64,000 bases of DNA from Dehalococcoidia bacterium. GTDB lineage: Bacteria; Chloroflexota; Dehalococcoidia; Tepidiformales; Tepidiformaceae. The stretch is from NCBI GenBank assembly GCA_050185215.1, contig JBFWZP010000012.1, forward strand, positions 11,439-75,438, written 5' to 3'. The notes beneath the pieces are model-generated. The model was not told the origin of the DNA and made no database searches. It was given only the letters and a program-made list of their open reading frames with translations. Each line of letters opens with the position of its first letter. The first letter of the stretch is position 1. Both the position numbers and the translations under genes were made by a program. Below, piece after piece: positions 14,586 to 23,781 of this stretch.

Positions 14586-14908
14586 TAACGGCGATCCGCC
14601 TCGGCTTCACGCTTGAGTGTCTCGATGAAGTCTTCTGCGCTTCGGGCTTCGGCTCTTGTTGAACGTGAGGGTCCCGAACGGCCGACGTCGCTGTCGGCCT
14701 CAAGGTGACCATCCGAAAGAACCTTGAGCGTGACCGAGTCGCCCAACTCCGGTGCGATCATCTGTGCCAATGATGCGGGGATCACGATCGTCCCGTCTCG
14801 GCGCACCTGAACCGTTTGCTCCGCGATCGGGTACGGCCAACGCGAAACGTCGTCGGGTGCGCTTTCGTTAGAACGCGGGTGCAAGTTCAACGGCCGTCGA
14901 ATTGCCAT
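14585..14908 (-). CDS. AbrB/MazE/SpoVT-type antitoxin (putative)
   Basis: The 107-aa product contains a swapped-hairpin-like segment VQVRRDGTIVIPASLAQMIAPELGDSVTLKV. It sits directly upstream of, and overlaps, the toxin-like ORF. Confidence 0.5.
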   Translation of the reverse strand: MAIRRPLNLHPRSNESAPDDVSRWPYPIAEQTVQVRRDGTIVIPASLAQMIAPELGDSVTLKVLSDGHLEADSDVGRSGPSRSTRAEARSAEDFIETLKREAEADRR

Positions 14909-14917
14909 GTGACGATC

Positions 14918-16822
14918 TTACACCAGCTCGAGGGCTTCCCCTTCGTACTTCCGCGCGCCGCGACGCAGTTCGACGAGCTTCTCCAGCTTCACCATGCAGT
15001 CCGAGACGCCGTTCTCGCCATTGATCGCGTCGAAATTCTGCATGCCACACACGTTGCAGGCGCCGTGGTGGCAGTCCGCGACCGTTTTCACCGTGTGGAC
15101 GTCCCGCCACTGTCCGCGGAGGTAGCTCTTCGTCACGCCGCAATCTATGTGGTCCCAGGGCAGCGGCTCGCGCGTATCCCACTCGCGATGAGCGAACCAC
15201 TCAGCGTCTACCCCGGTCTTCTCGAACGCCTGCCGCCAGAGCTCGTAGTTGAAGTGTTCGCCCCAGGCGTCGAACTTCGCACCGTTGCGCCATGCTTCGT
15301 AGACGGCGTCGCCGACACGGCGGTCTCCGCGGCTCAGCACGGCTTCGACGAAGCTGTCGCGTGGGTCGTTCCAGCTAAACTCCACCCCAGCGGAGCGGCA
15401 CCCGTCCTTCAGCAAGAAGTGTTTCGGTTGGAGTTCCGCATCGGTGTCCTGGCGAGCCCACTGGAAGGGTGTGTGAGGCTTGGGCACCAAATTGCTCGTG
15501 CTCACCCGGACGCGTGCCCGGCCGCCAACGTATTGTTTGCCGATTGCCTTGACCTTCTTACCCATCTCAACGATGCCGGCGACGTCGTCCATCGTTTCCG
15601 TCGGCAGCCCGACCATGTAGTACATCTTGATGCCGGTCCACCCGCGCTGGAACGCGTTTTCGGCGGCGCCAAGCAGGTCCTCTTCGCTCACCAGCTTGTT
15701 GATGGCGTTGCGGAGCCGCTGGCTCCCGGCCTCGGGCGCGAGCGTGAGCGTGTGCTTCTTTCCCCTGGCCACCGCGTTTGCCACATCTACCGAAAAGCTA
15801 TCGACCCGCGTACTCGGAATGCCGACCTTCAGGTCCTCGAATGTCGAGGTCAGCTGGTTCACCATCGGCACAATCTGGCTGTGGTCCGTGGTGCTCAGCG
15901 AAAGCAGCGAAAGTTCGTCGTAGCCGGTATTCCGCATCAACTGGCGGGCCGCCTCAACCACTTCCTCAGGACTGCGTTCCCTGGTCGGCCGGTAGATCAT
16001 CCCGGCCTGGCAGAAGCGGCACCCCTGGGTGCAACCGCGCTGGATCTCGACTGCAGCCCGGTCATGTACGGTCTGCAAGAACGGAACAATCGGCTTCACC
16101 AGCGCCGGCGGCAGCTTCTCCACGATTCGCCGAGAGATGGCCGCAGGCGCCTCGCCAACGGTCGGTTCGAGCACGGAGAAGTGTCCATCGCCCCCGTAGT
16201 GCGCCTCGTAGAACGCCGGCACGTACACGCCCGGAAGCGAGAGCAGTTCGCGCAAGCGCTCCGCACGGGGTGTCCCGGCTCGTTTCCATTCGCGCACCAT
16301 GTCCGCGAGTTCAATCACGGCATCTTCGCCTTCTCCGAGGAAGAACGCGTCCACGAACGCGGCCAGCGGTTCGGGGTTGAATGCCCCGCTCCCTCCCGCG
16401 ATGACGATCGGGTCATCTTCGCCTCGCTCAACCGACCACACAGGGATCTCGGCCAGGTCGAGCATGTTGAGGACGTTCGTATAGGTCATTTCGTACTGCA
16501 GCGTGAAGCCGAGCACGTCGAACTCTCGAATCGGCGTACGTGTCTCCAGGCTCCAGAGAGGGACTCTGCTCCGCCGCATTTCGCTCTCCATGTCGTCCCA
16601 GGGCGCGAACACACGCTCGCACGAAACGTCGCTCACCTTGTTCAGAAGGTCGTACAGGATCCCGATTCCCATGTTCGACATCCCGATGTCGTACGCGTCG
16701 GGATAGGCCAGCGCGATGTGTACGGCCACGCTGTTCCAGTCTTTGGTCACGCTGTTCCACTCGCCGCCCGTGTAGCGGGCGGGCTTCGAAACGCGGGTCA
16801 ATAGCTCATCAATAGTAGGCAT
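14918..16822 (-). CDS. B12-binding-domain radical SAM protein (TIGR03960-like)
   Basis: The N-terminus reads ELLTRVSKPARYTGGEWNS. The radical SAM motif CTQGCRFCQAGMIYRPTRER follows a Rossmann-like B12-binding region (DVLGFTLQYE...). Confidence 0.8.
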   Translation of the reverse strand: MPTIDELLTRVSKPARYTGGEWNSVTKDWNSVAVHIALAYPDAYDIGMSNMGIGILYDLLNKVSDVSCERVFAPWDDMESEMRRSRVPLWSLETRTPIREFDVLGFTLQYEMTYTNVLNMLDLAEIPVWSVERGEDDPIVIAGGSGAFNPEPLAAFVDAFFLGEGEDAVIELADMVREWKRAGTPRAERLRELLSLPGVYVPAFYEAHYGGDGHFSVLEPTVGEAPAAISRRIVEKLPPALVKPIVPFLQTVHDRAAVEIQRGCTQGCRFCQAGMIYRPTRERSPEEVVEAARQLMRNTGYDELSLLSLSTTDHSQIVPMVNQLTSTFEDLKVGIPSTRVDSFSVDVANAVARGKKHTLTLAPEAGSQRLRNAINKLVSEEDLLGAAENAFQRGWTGIKMYYMVGLPTETMDDVAGIVEMGKKVKAIGKQYVGGRARVRVSTSNLVPKPHTPFQWARQDTDAELQPKHFLLKDGCRSAGVEFSWNDPRDSFVEAVLSRGDRRVGDAVYEAWRNGAKFDAWGEHFNYELWRQAFEKTGVDAEWFAHREWDTREPLPWDHIDCGVTKSYLRGQWRDVHTVKTVADCHHGACNVCGMQNFDAINGENGVSDCMVKLEKLVELRRGARKYEGEALELV

Positions 16823-16942
16823 AGGGCATCTCCTCTACCGGCTTGCGGCGTGCCGGCGCGGGCGAACAACCATGGTAACAGGTGACCCGTAACCAGTTGG
16901 AATACTGACCGAGCGCCCCCGGTGGGTGATACTCCAACAGCA

Positions 16943-17614
16943 ATGAAGTTCGATGCCGTCATCGTCGCTGCCGGCTCCTCAACGCGCTTCGGCAATGAAG
17001 ACAAGCTTTCCGCCGACCTTTGCGGGCGCCCGGTGCTCGCGTGGTCGCTCGCTGCATTCGAAGCCATCGAAGGCCTTGGATGCCTCGTCATCGTCACTGG
17101 GGTGGATAGCGTCCCGGCAGTCACCGCCCTGGCCGAGCGGTGGTGCCCAAAGGTCTGCTTTCGGGTCATCGAAGGCGGCGCCCGCCGCCGCGACAGTGTC
17201 GAAGCCGGCCTTCGCGAATGCACTTCGCGCTACGTCGCCATCCACGATGGCGCCCGTCCAATGCTGACACCCGAACTGTTGGGCCAGGTCCTCAGCGCCG
17301 CCGCGGGCAGGCCCGGCGCGATCGCCGCCACACCGGTCACTGACACGATCAAAGAGGTTTCGAATGGCGTGATTTCAGGCCATCCGGAGCGTTCGCGACT
17401 CTGGGCAGCACACACCCCGCAGGTCGTTCTCCGCCAGGCGTGGCTCGATGCTGCAGCCATGAGCGATAACGATGAAACCGACGACGCCGCGATGCTCAGC
17501 CGCCTCGGACTCGAATGCGCCGTCGTGGATGCCGGGGCGGACAATCTCAAGATCACGCGCCCGGCCGACCTCGAAGTTGCCGCGGCCATCTTGCGCGCTC
17601 GAGGCGCCTTATGA
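16943..17614 (+). CDS. ispD: 2-C-methyl-D-erythritol 4-phosphate cytidylyltransferase
   Basis: The product shows MKFDAVIVAAGSSTRFG...K, GGARRRDSV and VAIHDGARP motifs. Its stop overlaps the ispF start (ATGA). Confidence 0.88.
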   Translation: MKFDAVIVAAGSSTRFGNEDKLSADLCGRPVLAWSLAAFEAIEGLGCLVIVTGVDSVPAVTALAERWCPKVCFRVIEGGARRRDSVEAGLRECTSRYVAIHDGARPMLTPELLGQVLSAAAGRPGAIAATPVTDTIKEVSNGVISGHPERSRLWAAHTPQVVLRQAWLDAAAMSDNDETDDAAMLSRLGLECAVVDAGADNLKITRPADLEVAAAILRARGAL

Positions 17615-18087
17615 CCTTTCGCGTCGGCATCGGCGAAGACCTCCATCGCGTCGACGACGGGCGTACCCTCGTCCTCGGCGGGGTGATCATCGAGGAGGGT
17701 CCGGGCCTCTCCGGCCATAGCGACGCCGATGTCCTCTTCCACGCCATCACCGATGCGGTGCTCGGCGCCGCGGCCCTCGGCGATATCGGTCACTATTTCC
17801 CCCCGTCCGACCCGCGCTACGCCCATGCCGATAGCGCTGATTTCCTCCGCAAGGCGCTCGAACTCGCACGGGCCGAGGGCTGGCAAGTGGAGAATGTCGA
17901 CTCCACCGTCCGCGCCGAACGCCCGAAGCTCGCCCCGTATATCCAGCACATCCGCGAGCGAATCGCCGAGGTAGTCGGCATCGATCTCGCCGCGGTCAGC
18001 GTGAAGGCCAAGTCGGGCGAGGGCCTCGATGCCATTGGCCGGGGCGAGGCGATGGCAGCCACGGCGGTCGTGCTGCTCCAGAGATAA
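17611..18087 (+). CDS. ispF: 2-C-methyl-D-erythritol 2,4-cyclodiphosphate synthase
   Basis: The product reads MTFRVGIGEDLHR...GHSDADVLFHAITDAVLGAAALGDIGHYFP. The ORF-track start at 17515 is an upstream extension inside ispD. Confidence 0.92.
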   Translation: MTFRVGIGEDLHRVDDGRTLVLGGVIIEEGPGLSGHSDADVLFHAITDAVLGAAALGDIGHYFPPSDPRYAHADSADFLRKALELARAEGWQVENVDSTVRAERPKLAPYIQHIRERIAEVVGIDLAAVSVKAKSGEGLDAIGRGEAMAATAVVLLQR

Positions 18088-18125
18088 TCATCGCCCCTAG
18101 GTTAAGCGGGCCGTACGCTCGATCG

Positions 18126-18719
18126 GTGGCCAAAACCATCATGGATGTCGGATTAACTCTGGTCACCGCGCCGATATGGCTCCCAGCCATGCTTGTGGCG
18201 GCGGCCGTGCTGGCAATCGAACTGCGGGGCAATCCAGTCTTCGTCCAGGAGCGAGTTGGCCTTCACGGTAAGCCCTTCCGCATGGTGAAACTGCGCACCA
18301 TGCGGCATGCCCGCCCCGGCGAGGAAGACCACTACCCCGTCTCCGATTTCAGCGAATTCGTATTTGCGCCGACGGACCGGCCAAACCCGAGGATCACGCG
18401 CTTCGGCGCCATCGCGCGAAAAACTTCGCTGGACGAACTCCCGAACCTTGTCAACGTCCTGAAACGCGAGATGTCGCTGGTCGGCCCCCGGCCCGAGATT
18501 CCCGAAATCGTCGAGCAGTATCCGCCCGAATATCATCGTAGGCACGACGTGCTTCCGGGCATCGCCGGGTTGGCCCAGATGAATGGTCGCTCGGATTTGA
18601 CCTACGATGAAACCGTTACCTACGATCTCGAGTACGTGGATCACCATTCGGTGCCAACCGATTTCAAGATCCTCTGGGGCACCGCCCTTGGTGTCCTCCG
18701 CGGAAGCGGCGCCCGATGA
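18126..18719 (+). CDS. small monotopic phosphoglycosyl transferase (bacterial sugar transferase, PglC/WbaP-C-like)
   Basis: A single N-terminal re-entrant helix is followed by PVFVQERVG..GKPFRMVKLRTM and SLDELPNLVNVLKREMSLVGPRP. The start is GTG at 18126 or ATG at 18141. Confidence 0.85.
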   Translation: MAKTIMDVGLTLVTAPIWLPAMLVAAAVLAIELRGNPVFVQERVGLHGKPFRMVKLRTMRHARPGEEDHYPVSDFSEFVFAPTDRPNPRITRFGAIARKTSLDELPNLVNVLKREMSLVGPRPEIPEIVEQYPPEYHRRHDVLPGIAGLAQMNGRSDLTYDETVTYDLEYVDHHSVPTDFKILWGTALGVLRGSGAR

Positions 18720-20611
18720 CAAGCGATTCCACCTCAATTTCCCAACGAATTTTCACAGGCGATAACGCCCGCGCCCTCGGTGCGATGGTGCTCGATGTCA
18801 TGGTCATCGCCCTGGCGTACGCCGCGGCGCTGTTGCTCCGCTTCGATGCCGAAGTCCCGCATCAGAACTCCCGCTTCGTCCTCGAAGTGTTCCCGCTGAT
18901 CGCGGCCGTCTACATCGTCGCGAACATCGTGTTCGGCGTATATCGAACCATGTGGGCCTACGGCAGTCTCGGCGATATCCTCGCCCTGTTCCGGCCAGTG
19001 TTGTTCGCCACGGTCGTCATCTTTGCGGTGAACTTCTGGGATAACGAACGCGACCTTCCGCTTTCAGTAGTCCTTATCGCGGGCGAGCTCATCTTCCCGG
19101 GCATGGCCTTCGTGAAAATGCGCGGACGGCTGTTGTCGAGGCTCCCCCGCGTCGCGATGGCCTCGCAGCGCCTCCTCATCATCGGCGCCGGGCACACCGG
19201 CCAGGCTCTCGCCCGCGAATTGCAGAACAGCCCCGGACTGAACTACCAGCCGATCGGTTACCTCGACGACGACCCGCGCAAACTCAACCGGCGTATGCAC
19301 GGTCTCCGCGTCTTCGGGTCCGTCGCCGAACTCGATGCCCAGATTCACGACCATGCAGTCAACGCGGTCGCGATTGCTATCCCACGCGCGCCCGGTTCAG
19401 TCGTGCGCTCGATCGTCGCGACGTGCCAGGCTGCAGGGGTGCCCGTCCGCATAGTCCCCGGCGTCGAACGATGGATCTCCAGCGGCCACACGAACGACGC
19501 CCTGCGCGAACTCACCCTCGACGACCTTCTTGGGCGCGAACCCGTTCAGATCGACTACGTCGCCTGCAGTCAGTCGGTGAAGGACAACATCGTCCTGGTC
19601 ACCGGTGCCGCCGGCTCCATCGGGTCCGAACTCTGCCGCCAGGTCGCCACCTTCCAGCCGATGGAACTCCACCTCCTCGACAACAACGAGAGTGGCCTGT
19701 TTGACCTGGCCGCCGAGATTTCCGGCATCTCGCCCCAGACCACGATCCGCCTCTGGCCTGCGAACGTGGTCGACGAGCGCAAGGTGGAAGAAGTGTTCAA
19801 CACTGTCCGCCCGAACCTCGTCTATCACGCCGCCGCCTATAAACACGTGCCCATGCTCGAAACCAACCCGGACGAGGCCTTCCGCGTGAACGTCCTCGGG
19901 ACGCTCAACGTGGCGAACGCCGCCAAGACCTTCGAGACCGGCACCTTTGTGCTTATCTCGACCGACAAGGCCGTTCGCCCGACGAGCGTGATGGGCGCCA
20001 CCAAGCGAATCGCAGAACTCCTCGTCCTCGCGCTCTCCCGCACCAGTGAGAACACCAAGTTCGTCGCCGTCCGCTTCGGCAACGTCATGGGCAGCCGTGG
20101 CTCGGCGCCGCTCACATTCATGCGCCAGATCGAGCGCGGCGGCCCCGTCACCATCACCCACCCCGACATGATGCGCTACTTCATCAGCATCCCCGAGGCC
20201 GTCAGCCTCGTGATCCAGGCGGGCACGTTCGGTGGCCGGGGCAACATTTACATGCTCGACATGGGCCAGGAAATCAACATGCTTGAGCTCGCCGAGCGCA
20301 TGATCCGCCTTCGTGGCCTCCGCCCGGGCCAGGACATTGAAGTCATCTTCACAGGCCCCCGGCCCGGCGAAAAACTGCGCGAAGAACTCGTCGCCGACTT
20401 CGAAAAGATGCAGTCGACCGAACATCCGAAAGTCATGCGCCTGAGTGCGACTGCCGAGGTCACCGAAGCCGAGATTCGCCGTCTCATCGAAGAGGTGGAA
20501 GCCGTCGGCTGGAGTGACAAGGAAGAACTGCGCCGCCGCATCCATCTCGTCGCTCGCCGATATTCCAACGACTCAGACGAGGTGCCGGCGGTGGAGCCCG
20601 CGAAACCATGA
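18716..20611 (+). CDS. membrane-anchored nucleotide-sugar 4,6-dehydratase (CapD/PglF/WbpM family)
   Basis: Four N-terminal hydrophobic helices are followed by a Rossmann region [10 protein letters not shown] and an SDR region [14 protein letters not shown]...YKHVP...STDKAV (Polysacc_synt_2 pattern). It overlaps the upstream gene by 4 nt. Confidence 0.85.
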   Translation: MTSDSTSISQRIFTGDNARALGAMVLDVMVIALAYAAALLLRFDAEVPHQNSRFVLEVFPLIAAVYIVANIVFGVYRTMWAYGSLGDILALFRPVLFATVVIFAVNFWDNERDLPLSVVLIAGELIFPGMAFVKMRGRLLSRLPRVAMASQRLLIIGAGHTGQALARELQNSPGLNYQPIGYLDDDPRKLNRRMHGLRVFGSVAELDAQIHDHAVNAVAIAIPRAPGSVVRSIVATCQAAGVPVRIVPGVERWISSGHTNDALRELTLDDLLGREPVQIDYVACSQSVKDNIVLVTGAAGSIGSELCRQVATFQPMELHLLDNNESGLFDLAAEISGISPQTTIRLWPANVVDERKVEEVFNTVRPNLVYHAAAYKHVPMLETNPDEAFRVNVLGTLNVANAAKTFETGTFVLISTDKAVRPTSVMGATKRIAELLVLALSRTSENTKFVAVRFGNVMGSRGSAPLTFMRQIERGGPVTITHPDMMRYFISIPEAVSLVIQAGTFGGRGNIYMLDMGQEINMLELAERMIRLRGLRPGQDIEVIFTGPRPGEKLREELVADFEKMQSTEHPKVMRLSATAEVTEAEIRRLIEEVEAVGWSDKEELRRRIHLVARRYSNDSDEVPAVEPAKP

Positions 20612-21195
20612 CGAGCTTTCGCGTGCACCCCACTGCCGAGGTCAGCGACCAGGCTTCGATCGGCTACGGCGCCAGCATCTGGCACCAGGCCCAGGTTCGC
20701 GAACGTGCATCGGTCGGCGCCGGTTCCATCATCGGCAAAGGCGTGTATATCGGGGCTGACGTTTCCGTTGGCGCGAACTGCAAGGTCCAGAACTACTCCT
20801 GCGTCTACGAGGGCAACACCCTCGAAGATGGTGTGTTCGTCGGCCCCGAAGTGGTCTTCACGAACGACCGCTACCCCCGCGCCATCAATCCGGACGGCAC
20901 CATCAAGGCCGCGAGCGACTGGGAACTCGAAGGCACGCTGGTAAAGTACGGCGCCGCCATCGGCTCCCGTTCGGTGATCCTCCCCGGCCTCACAATCGGC
21001 CGGTGGGCGCTGGTCGCGGCCGGCTCCGTCGTCACAAAAGATGTCCCGGACCACGCGATCGTCGCCGGCAACCCCGCCCGCCCGCGGGGCTGGGTATGCG
21101 CCTGCGCCCGGCCCTTATCAGACCAATTGAAATGCCCCGAATGCGGACGGCGGTACCAGCGCACAGACGCTGGTCTTGTTACCCTCGAACAGTGA
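20608..21195 (+). CDS. left-handed beta-helix N-acetyltransferase (WbpD/WlbB-like) with a C-terminal Cys4 zinc-ribbon tail
   Basis: Hexapeptide repeats begin at [25 protein letters not shown] and run through [11 protein letters not shown] to [14 protein letters not shown]. The tail [17 protein letters not shown] follows. It overlaps the upstream gene by 4 nt. Confidence 0.8.
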   Translation: MTSFRVHPTAEVSDQASIGYGASIWHQAQVRERASVGAGSIIGKGVYIGADVSVGANCKVQNYSCVYEGNTLEDGVFVGPEVVFTNDRYPRAINPDGTIKAASDWELEGTLVKYGAAIGSRSVILPGLTIGRWALVAAGSVVTKDVPDHAIVAGNPARPRGWVCACARPLSDQLKCPECGRRYQRTDAGLVTLEQ

Positions 21196-21211
21196 GCCCT
21201 ACCGCGCCGGG

Positions 21212-21260
21212 CTCCCCTCTCCCGCGACGCAGGAGTCGGGAGAGGGGCATGGGGTGAGGG
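21212..21260 (+). repeat. REP-like palindromic intergenic element, copy 1
   Basis: The sequence is CTCCCCTCTCCCG-n12-CGGGAGAGGGGCATGGGGTGAGGG. The 11-bp stem is perfect. It lies inside the sugar operon, immediately upstream of the next gene's AAGGAG. Confidence 0.7.
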
Positions 21261-21273
21261 CAAGGAGATAGCG

Positions 21274-22365
21274 ATGACCACCACCGAACGCCAGTTCATT
21301 TCCGTCGCCAAACCACTTATCGGCGAAGCCGAGAAGAAGGCCGTGATGGAAGTCCTCGATTCCGGCCATCTCGCCCAGGGACCACGCACCGAAGCGTTCG
21401 AAAAAGCATTCGCCGACTACATCGGCGTGAAGCACGCGATTGGTGTCAACAGCGGCACGGCCGCCCTTATCGTGGCCCTCCAGGCCCACGGCATCGGGCC
21501 CGGTGACGAGGTCATCACGACCCCTTTCAGCTTCATCGCCACAGCGACCAGCATCATCGCCTGCGGCGCGACACCAGTCTTCGTCGATGTGGATCCGTTC
21601 GACTTCAATCTCGACCCGGACAAGGTCGAGGAGGCGATCACCGAGAACACAAAAGCCGTGATGCCGGTGCACATCTTCGGACACCCCGCGCGCATCAAGG
21701 AACTCCAGGAACTCTGCGACGACAACAACCTGGCGCTCGTGGAAGACGCCGCGCAGGCACACGGCGCCGAACACCTCGGTCGACGAGTCGGGACATACGG
21801 CACTGGCTGTTTCAGCTTCTATCCCACGAAGAATATGACCACGGGCGAAGGCGGCATCATCACCACAAACGACGATGAGGTCGCGCGCATGTGCCGCATC
21901 ATCCGCAGCCACGGCCAGGAGCAGCGCTACAAGCACGACTACTTCGGCCTCAACTGGCGCATGCAGGACCTCAACGCCGCCATCGGCCTCGTCCAGATGG
22001 ATTACATCGAGGACTGGAACCAGGCCCGCATCGCGAACGCCGAGAAACTCTCGAGCCTCATCCGCTCGGTCGAAACGCCCCGGGTGCGCGAAGGCGACCG
22101 CCACGTCTTTCACCAGTACACCATCCGCGTCACCGGCGACCGCGACGCCTTCCAGGCGAAGCTCCAGGAAGCCGGAATCGGCAGTGCCGTCCACTACCCA
22201 ATCCCGATCCACCACCAGCCGATCATGGAAAAGATGGGCCTAAGCGACTTCGACTGCCCCGTGGCCGATGCTGCTGCCGAGCGCGTCCTCTCGATACCGG
22301 TTCATCCCTCCCTCGGCCCCGAAGACGTCGAGTACATCGCCAGCGTGATCAACCGGATCGGGTAG
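21274..22365 (+). CDS. DegT/DnrJ/EryC1/StrS-family PLP-dependent sugar aminotransferase (WbpE/PglE-like)
   Basis: The product shows ISVAKPLIGEAEKKAVMEVLDSGHLAQGP, VNSGTAAL, and FSFYPTKNMTTGEGG (the PLP lysine motif). Confidence 0.88.
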   Translation: MTTTERQFISVAKPLIGEAEKKAVMEVLDSGHLAQGPRTEAFEKAFADYIGVKHAIGVNSGTAALIVALQAHGIGPGDEVITTPFSFIATATSIIACGATPVFVDVDPFDFNLDPDKVEEAITENTKAVMPVHIFGHPARIKELQELCDDNNLALVEDAAQAHGAEHLGRRVGTYGTGCFSFYPTKNMTTGEGGIITTNDDEVARMCRIIRSHGQEQRYKHDYFGLNWRMQDLNAAIGLVQMDYIEDWNQARIANAEKLSSLIRSVETPRVREGDRHVFHQYTIRVTGDRDAFQAKLQEAGIGSAVHYPIPIHHQPIMEKMGLSDFDCPVADAAAERVLSIPVHPSLGPEDVEYIASVINRIG

Positions 22366-22368
22366 GAC

Positions 22369-22725
22369 ATGGCCTCGACCTCGCAGCAGGAGACAGTGGA
22401 ACAGTACTTCGAAGGTTTCCGTCGCAGCGACCGCCCGTCGATCCTTTCCTTACTGACGGACGACGTTCATTGGGACCTTCCAGGCTTTCGCCATTTGGTC
22501 GGCAAGGAAGACTTCGAGGGAGAAATCGTCAACGATGCCTTCGAAGAAAACCCTCGGCTGACCATTGACCGCATCTTCGAGGATCGCAACACCGTCATAG
22601 TGGTTGGCACCGGCGAGGGGGAACAGAAGGACGGCGGTGTGTTTCGATTCGCGTTCTGCGACTTGTTCACGTTTCGTGGCGAGCTCATAAGCCGCGTCGA
22701 ATCCTACCTCGTGCCGATCAGCTGA
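22369..22725 (+). CDS. SnoaL/NTF2-like fold protein
   Basis: The 118-aa product begins ETVEQYFEGFRRSD...LLTDDVHWDLPG and ends FCDLFTFRGELISRVESY, the typical SnoaL-like alpha+beta barrel pattern. Confidence 0.6.
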   Translation: MASTSQQETVEQYFEGFRRSDRPSILSLLTDDVHWDLPGFRHLVGKEDFEGEIVNDAFEENPRLTIDRIFEDRNTVIVVGTGEGEQKDGGVFRFAFCDLFTFRGELISRVESYLVPIS

Positions 22726-22767
22726 TTTCGGTTCCCCGTTCCCCGTTCCCTGCTAACCTGAATCTCA

Positions 22768-23781
22768 ATGACCCGCACCCTCCGCGCTGCCGTCATCGGC
22801 CTCGGCTCCATGGGCGCCAACCATGCCCGCGTCCTTTCGGATATCGCCGGCGTTGAACTCGTCGCCGTGGCTGATGCGAACCCCGAGGCCGTGGCCAAAG
22901 CCATTGCTGGCAGGCCCATCCCGGGCTTCCCCGACGCCGCGTCGCTTCTCGCCGAATCGAAGCCCGACATGGTGTCGATCGTCGTCCCCACGCAACTCCA
23001 CGAAGAAGTCGCGCTGCAGGCGATATCCGCCGGGGCTCACGTGCTGGTCGAAAAACCCATCGCCGCAACCCTCGATGCCGCGCGCCGAATCGCGAACGCC
23101 GCGGCGGACGCCGGTGTGGTCCTCACCGTCGGTCACATCGAGCGTTTTAATCCGGCGATCCAGGAACTCAAGCGCCGGCTCGATGCTGGCCAGGGTGGCA
23201 ACGTCCTGCAACTGCGTGGCCGTCGCGTCGGCCCGTTCCCGCACCGCATTCGCGACGTAGGTGTCATCCACGACCTTGGCCCGCACGACATCGACATCAT
23301 GCGTTACCTCCTCGGTGACGAAATCGAGCGGGTTTTCGCCGAATCACGCAGCCACATCGCCACCGGCAACGAAGACATGTTCTCCGGCCTCATCCGCTTC
23401 CGCGGCGGTGCCATGGGTATGCTCGATATCAACTGGCTCACGCCCACCAAGGAACGTTCGCTCACCGTCCTCTGCGAAAAAGGCATGTTTGTCGCGGATT
23501 ACGCGGCCCAGTCGCTCGCCTTCTACGAGAATTTCGACGCTGCAGCCCGTGAGGGCCGCTATGCGAGCGTTACCGAGGGCCCGATGACTCGCTACCCCAT
23601 TCCGAACCGTGAGCCGCTCAGGGTCGAACTGGAGGCTTTCAGGGATGCTGTCCTCGCGGGCGGGCCGGCGCCGGTGAGCGCCCTCGACGGCATGATGGCC
23701 CTCGCCGTCGCCGAAGCCCTCGTCCGCTCGGGCCAATCCGGCATGCCGGTCCAGGTCGAGCAGGTCGTCGCCGTCGCATGA
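22768..23781 (+). CDS. Gfo/Idh/MocA-family NAD-dependent sugar oxidoreductase (WbpB-like candidate)
   Basis: The N-terminal Rossmann region is LRAAVIGLGSMGANHARV. EKP (LVEKPIA) and GHIERFNP motifs are present. Confidence 0.8.
   Translation: MTRTLRAAVIGLGSMGANHARVLSDIAGVELVAVADANPEAVAKAIAGRPIPGFPDAASLLAESKPDMVSIVVPTQLHEEVALQAISAGAHVLVEKPIAATLDAARRIANAAADAGVVLTVGHIERFNPAIQELKRRLDAGQGGNVLQLRGRRVGPFPHRIRDVGVIHDLGPHDIDIMRYLLGDEIERVFAESRSHIATGNEDMFSGLIRFRGGAMGMLDINWLTPTKERSLTVLCEKGMFVADYAAQSLAFYENFDAAAREGRYASVTEGPMTRYPIPNREPLRVELEAFRDAVLAGGPAPVSALDGMMALAVAEALVRSGQSGMPVQVEQVVAVA

Noticed and set aside
14816-16804. A 662-aa plus-strand ORF covering the radical SAM locus.
   Set aside because: The minus-strand product carries a clean CxxxCxxC radical SAM motif and B12-domain features. 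The plus-strand translation is a low-complexity Arg/His/Pro-rich shadow.
22726-22767. A short tandem CCCCGTT CCCCGTT CCC upstream of the oxidoreductase gene.
   Set aside because: There are only two and a half units in a 42-nt spacer. This is too short to distinguish from chance in GC-rich DNA.
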